37,377 nucleotides of DNA from Phoronis australis (Eukaryota; Animalia; Phoronida). Of the stretch, positions 35,859 to 37,377 are shown piece after piece. A program made the position numbers and the translations under genes. Below the pieces are notes generated by a model, which was not told the DNA's origin, did no database searches, and saw only the letters and a program-made list of their open reading frames with translations. Position 1 is the first letter of the stretch; every line of letters starts with the position of its first letter. The stretch is taken from contig NMRA01000635.1 in NCBI GenBank assembly GCA_002633005.1, positions 46,321 through 83,697 of the forward strand. Direction: 5' to 3'.

Positions 35859-36138
35859 CCCGTCCACATTCACTGTTGCTCCATAGTAGACATCATAACT
35901 TTCACCTTTCTCCAGTGGTCTGTTCACATACCCATTGTATGTTTTACCGTCGCCAATGACAAAATTGGTTCCATCTGAGGATACCTCACTGGGGTTTAAT
36001 AAAGCGGCTACGTAACAAGATAATCCCTGTGATTGAGAGTCTGCATAAGTAACAAGAGCTGGGTTCACTTGAGAGCGACAAGGACTGATGTCTCGTTTTC
36101 TTCTGACAGACTTTGTTTCTACTACGAGGATATAGTGA
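35859..36138 (-). CDS. RPTP exon: membrane-proximal ectodomain with RRKR cleavage motif
   Basis: 280 nt, tttcag acceptor, gtatgt donor; HYILVVETKSVRRKRDISP...FVIGDGKTYNGYVNRPLEKGESYDVYYGATVNVDG matches the RPTP membrane-proximal GDxxTYxGYxNxPL motif. Confidence 0.92.
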
Positions 36139-36317
36139 CTGAAACATCAAAAGTATGACCATTAAAATTTATTCCTTCTAAGAAAGCAACTGATATGAGA
36201 GTCATAAAAAGTAATTGGATTGCATGATGTTGGCTCCAAAGTTTTGATCAAGGTCATATGATTATGCCGAGGTTCTCACAAGTGTCAACTTACATTTACT
36301 ATACATAATGTGCATAC

Positions 36318-36407
36318 ACCAGCCAACACTAAAACTAATGAGCATGTACCAGTCCACACTGAGACCAATGTACATGTACCAGTCCACACCAAGACCAATG
36401 TACATGT
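36318..36407. repeat. 30-bp tandem repeat, about 3 copies
   Basis: ACCAGTCCACAC..AGACCAATGTACATGT. Confidence 0.85.
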
Positions 36408-36641
36408 CGTGAACACATCCACTACCACAAGAAACTGTAGGACTGCATTTATCCACCTTCACTCTTATCAGGCTTCTATTGTGAGTCAGCATGCGAGAAT
36501 AATTGGCTGATAAGCCACCTCTGGAACTACTTTTGGGTGAATGGATGACCAGGCCATAAAATGATAATTAGCCAAGACCAGTTACTAATGCAACAAAGCA
36601 TAATGTCGTAGCATCACCTAGCCTTGGTGGAAAGCTGTATA

Positions 36642-37006
36642 CTGTATTGGCTCTAATAAACGCTTAGAAAAATTCATTTCACGGGGAGGGGACGCTTATT
36701 GTAGCCTACGGCAGTTGAAACCTGGTTGCCCAAACGGGTAAAATCAGAAGCTAGGATTCATCAAATTTACGCTGTGACGTATTTGTAGCCTATGACAGTC
36801 TTTCTACAAAATTGTGGTGCATTGCTATCAACTTCCGTTGTTAAATTACGATACTTTTTCAAAAAATTGTGCTCATCACAGGGCGAAAACTTGCCGACTG
36901 ATGCGTCGCTGAATCGCGATCGTCAATAGGAAAACTTGAACTCTTGAATAAAAATATAGTTTCGACTCAACAAATTACCTGAAATCGTCCTGATGTTTTA
37001 CAATTT
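36642..37006 (+). mobile_element. Tc1/mariner-type MITE left portion, copy 2
   Basis: TA|CTGTATTGGCTCTAATAA...; homologous to 2790-3165 and interrupted at a TTAA (37007-10). Confidence 0.7.
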
Positions 37007-37010
37007 TTAA

Positions 37011-37300
37011 GGTTCATGTGGAGTCCAGGGCCCGGTCTCCAATCTCCGTACTCAGACTCGAATCATGCTCAAACTCACACTTCATACTCAACTCGAGTAC
37101 AGACTCAGCTTTGGTGTATTCAATGTCATACTCGAAAAATCTGTACTCGAAATTTCGAGCACGTACTCAGTTTTCGAGTGTACTCGAACTGAAGTGTATC
37201 TCATCTATATTTTGAGTACGATTTTGAGTAAAAATTTGGAGTCTATGCTCAAATTTCAAGTTTGGTAAGGCAGTGTGCTTGAAATCGTACTCGAAAATAA
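37011..37300. repeat. Element end rich in (G)TACTCGA motifs, beginning TTAA|GG
   Basis: About 10 ACTC(G/A) motifs in both orientations, including the hairpin GTACTCGAAATTTCGAGCAC. Confidence 0.45.
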
Positions 37301-37377
37301 ATACAAGCCAGAGAACAAAATATCGAAAGGGAACCAAGAAACACAGCAAATCTAAAAAAATAAGTCCTCTTACCGTA

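Larger units (their letters stand above)
880..36138 (-). other. Receptor-type protein tyrosine phosphatase gene with tandem D1/D2 domains (PTPRA/PTPRM/PTPRK-like), partial, 17 exons in window
   Basis: 17 exons with AG/GT boundaries and compatible phases splice into one open frame: ectodomain-TM-D1-D2. Upstream ectodomain exons and the last D2 exons are not in the window. Orthology cannot be fixed without a phylogeny. Confidence 0.96.

Noticed and set aside
37371-37377. TACCGTA at the window edge, resembling a Tc1/mariner MITE start
   Set aside because: Only 7 nt are visible, too short to call.

Overview
Eukaryotic (animal, probably marine invertebrate; taxon is inference) genomic DNA. It is dominated by the 3' part of one spliced gene on the minus strand: a receptor-type protein tyrosine phosphatase with tandem PTP domains. 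I could chain 17 GT-AG exons from 36138 down to 880 with consistent phases. They encode a membrane-proximal ectodomain with an RRKR furin-type site, a transmembrane helix, a juxtamembrane region, an intact catalytic D1 (KNRY, WPDHGVP, VHCSAGVGRTG, QTQSQY) and a degenerate D2. The gene is truncated at both window edges. The introns are packed with repeats: a decayed, intron-containing pogo-type transposon (18489-22871) carrying a nested TTAA-flanked THAP/Kolobok-like foldback element, a second copy of that family, a TAA-flanked TIR element with a different THAP relic, Tc1/mariner-type MITEs, Helentron/HINE-like elements, a tRNA-like element with hairpins, and several minisatellites, including a 62 x 33-bp array that produces the two longest (spurious) ORFs. 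No prokaryotic system or CRISPR array is present. The most unusual signal is the set of regularly spaced, co-oriented CTCF-like motifs inside the HINE-like repeats.
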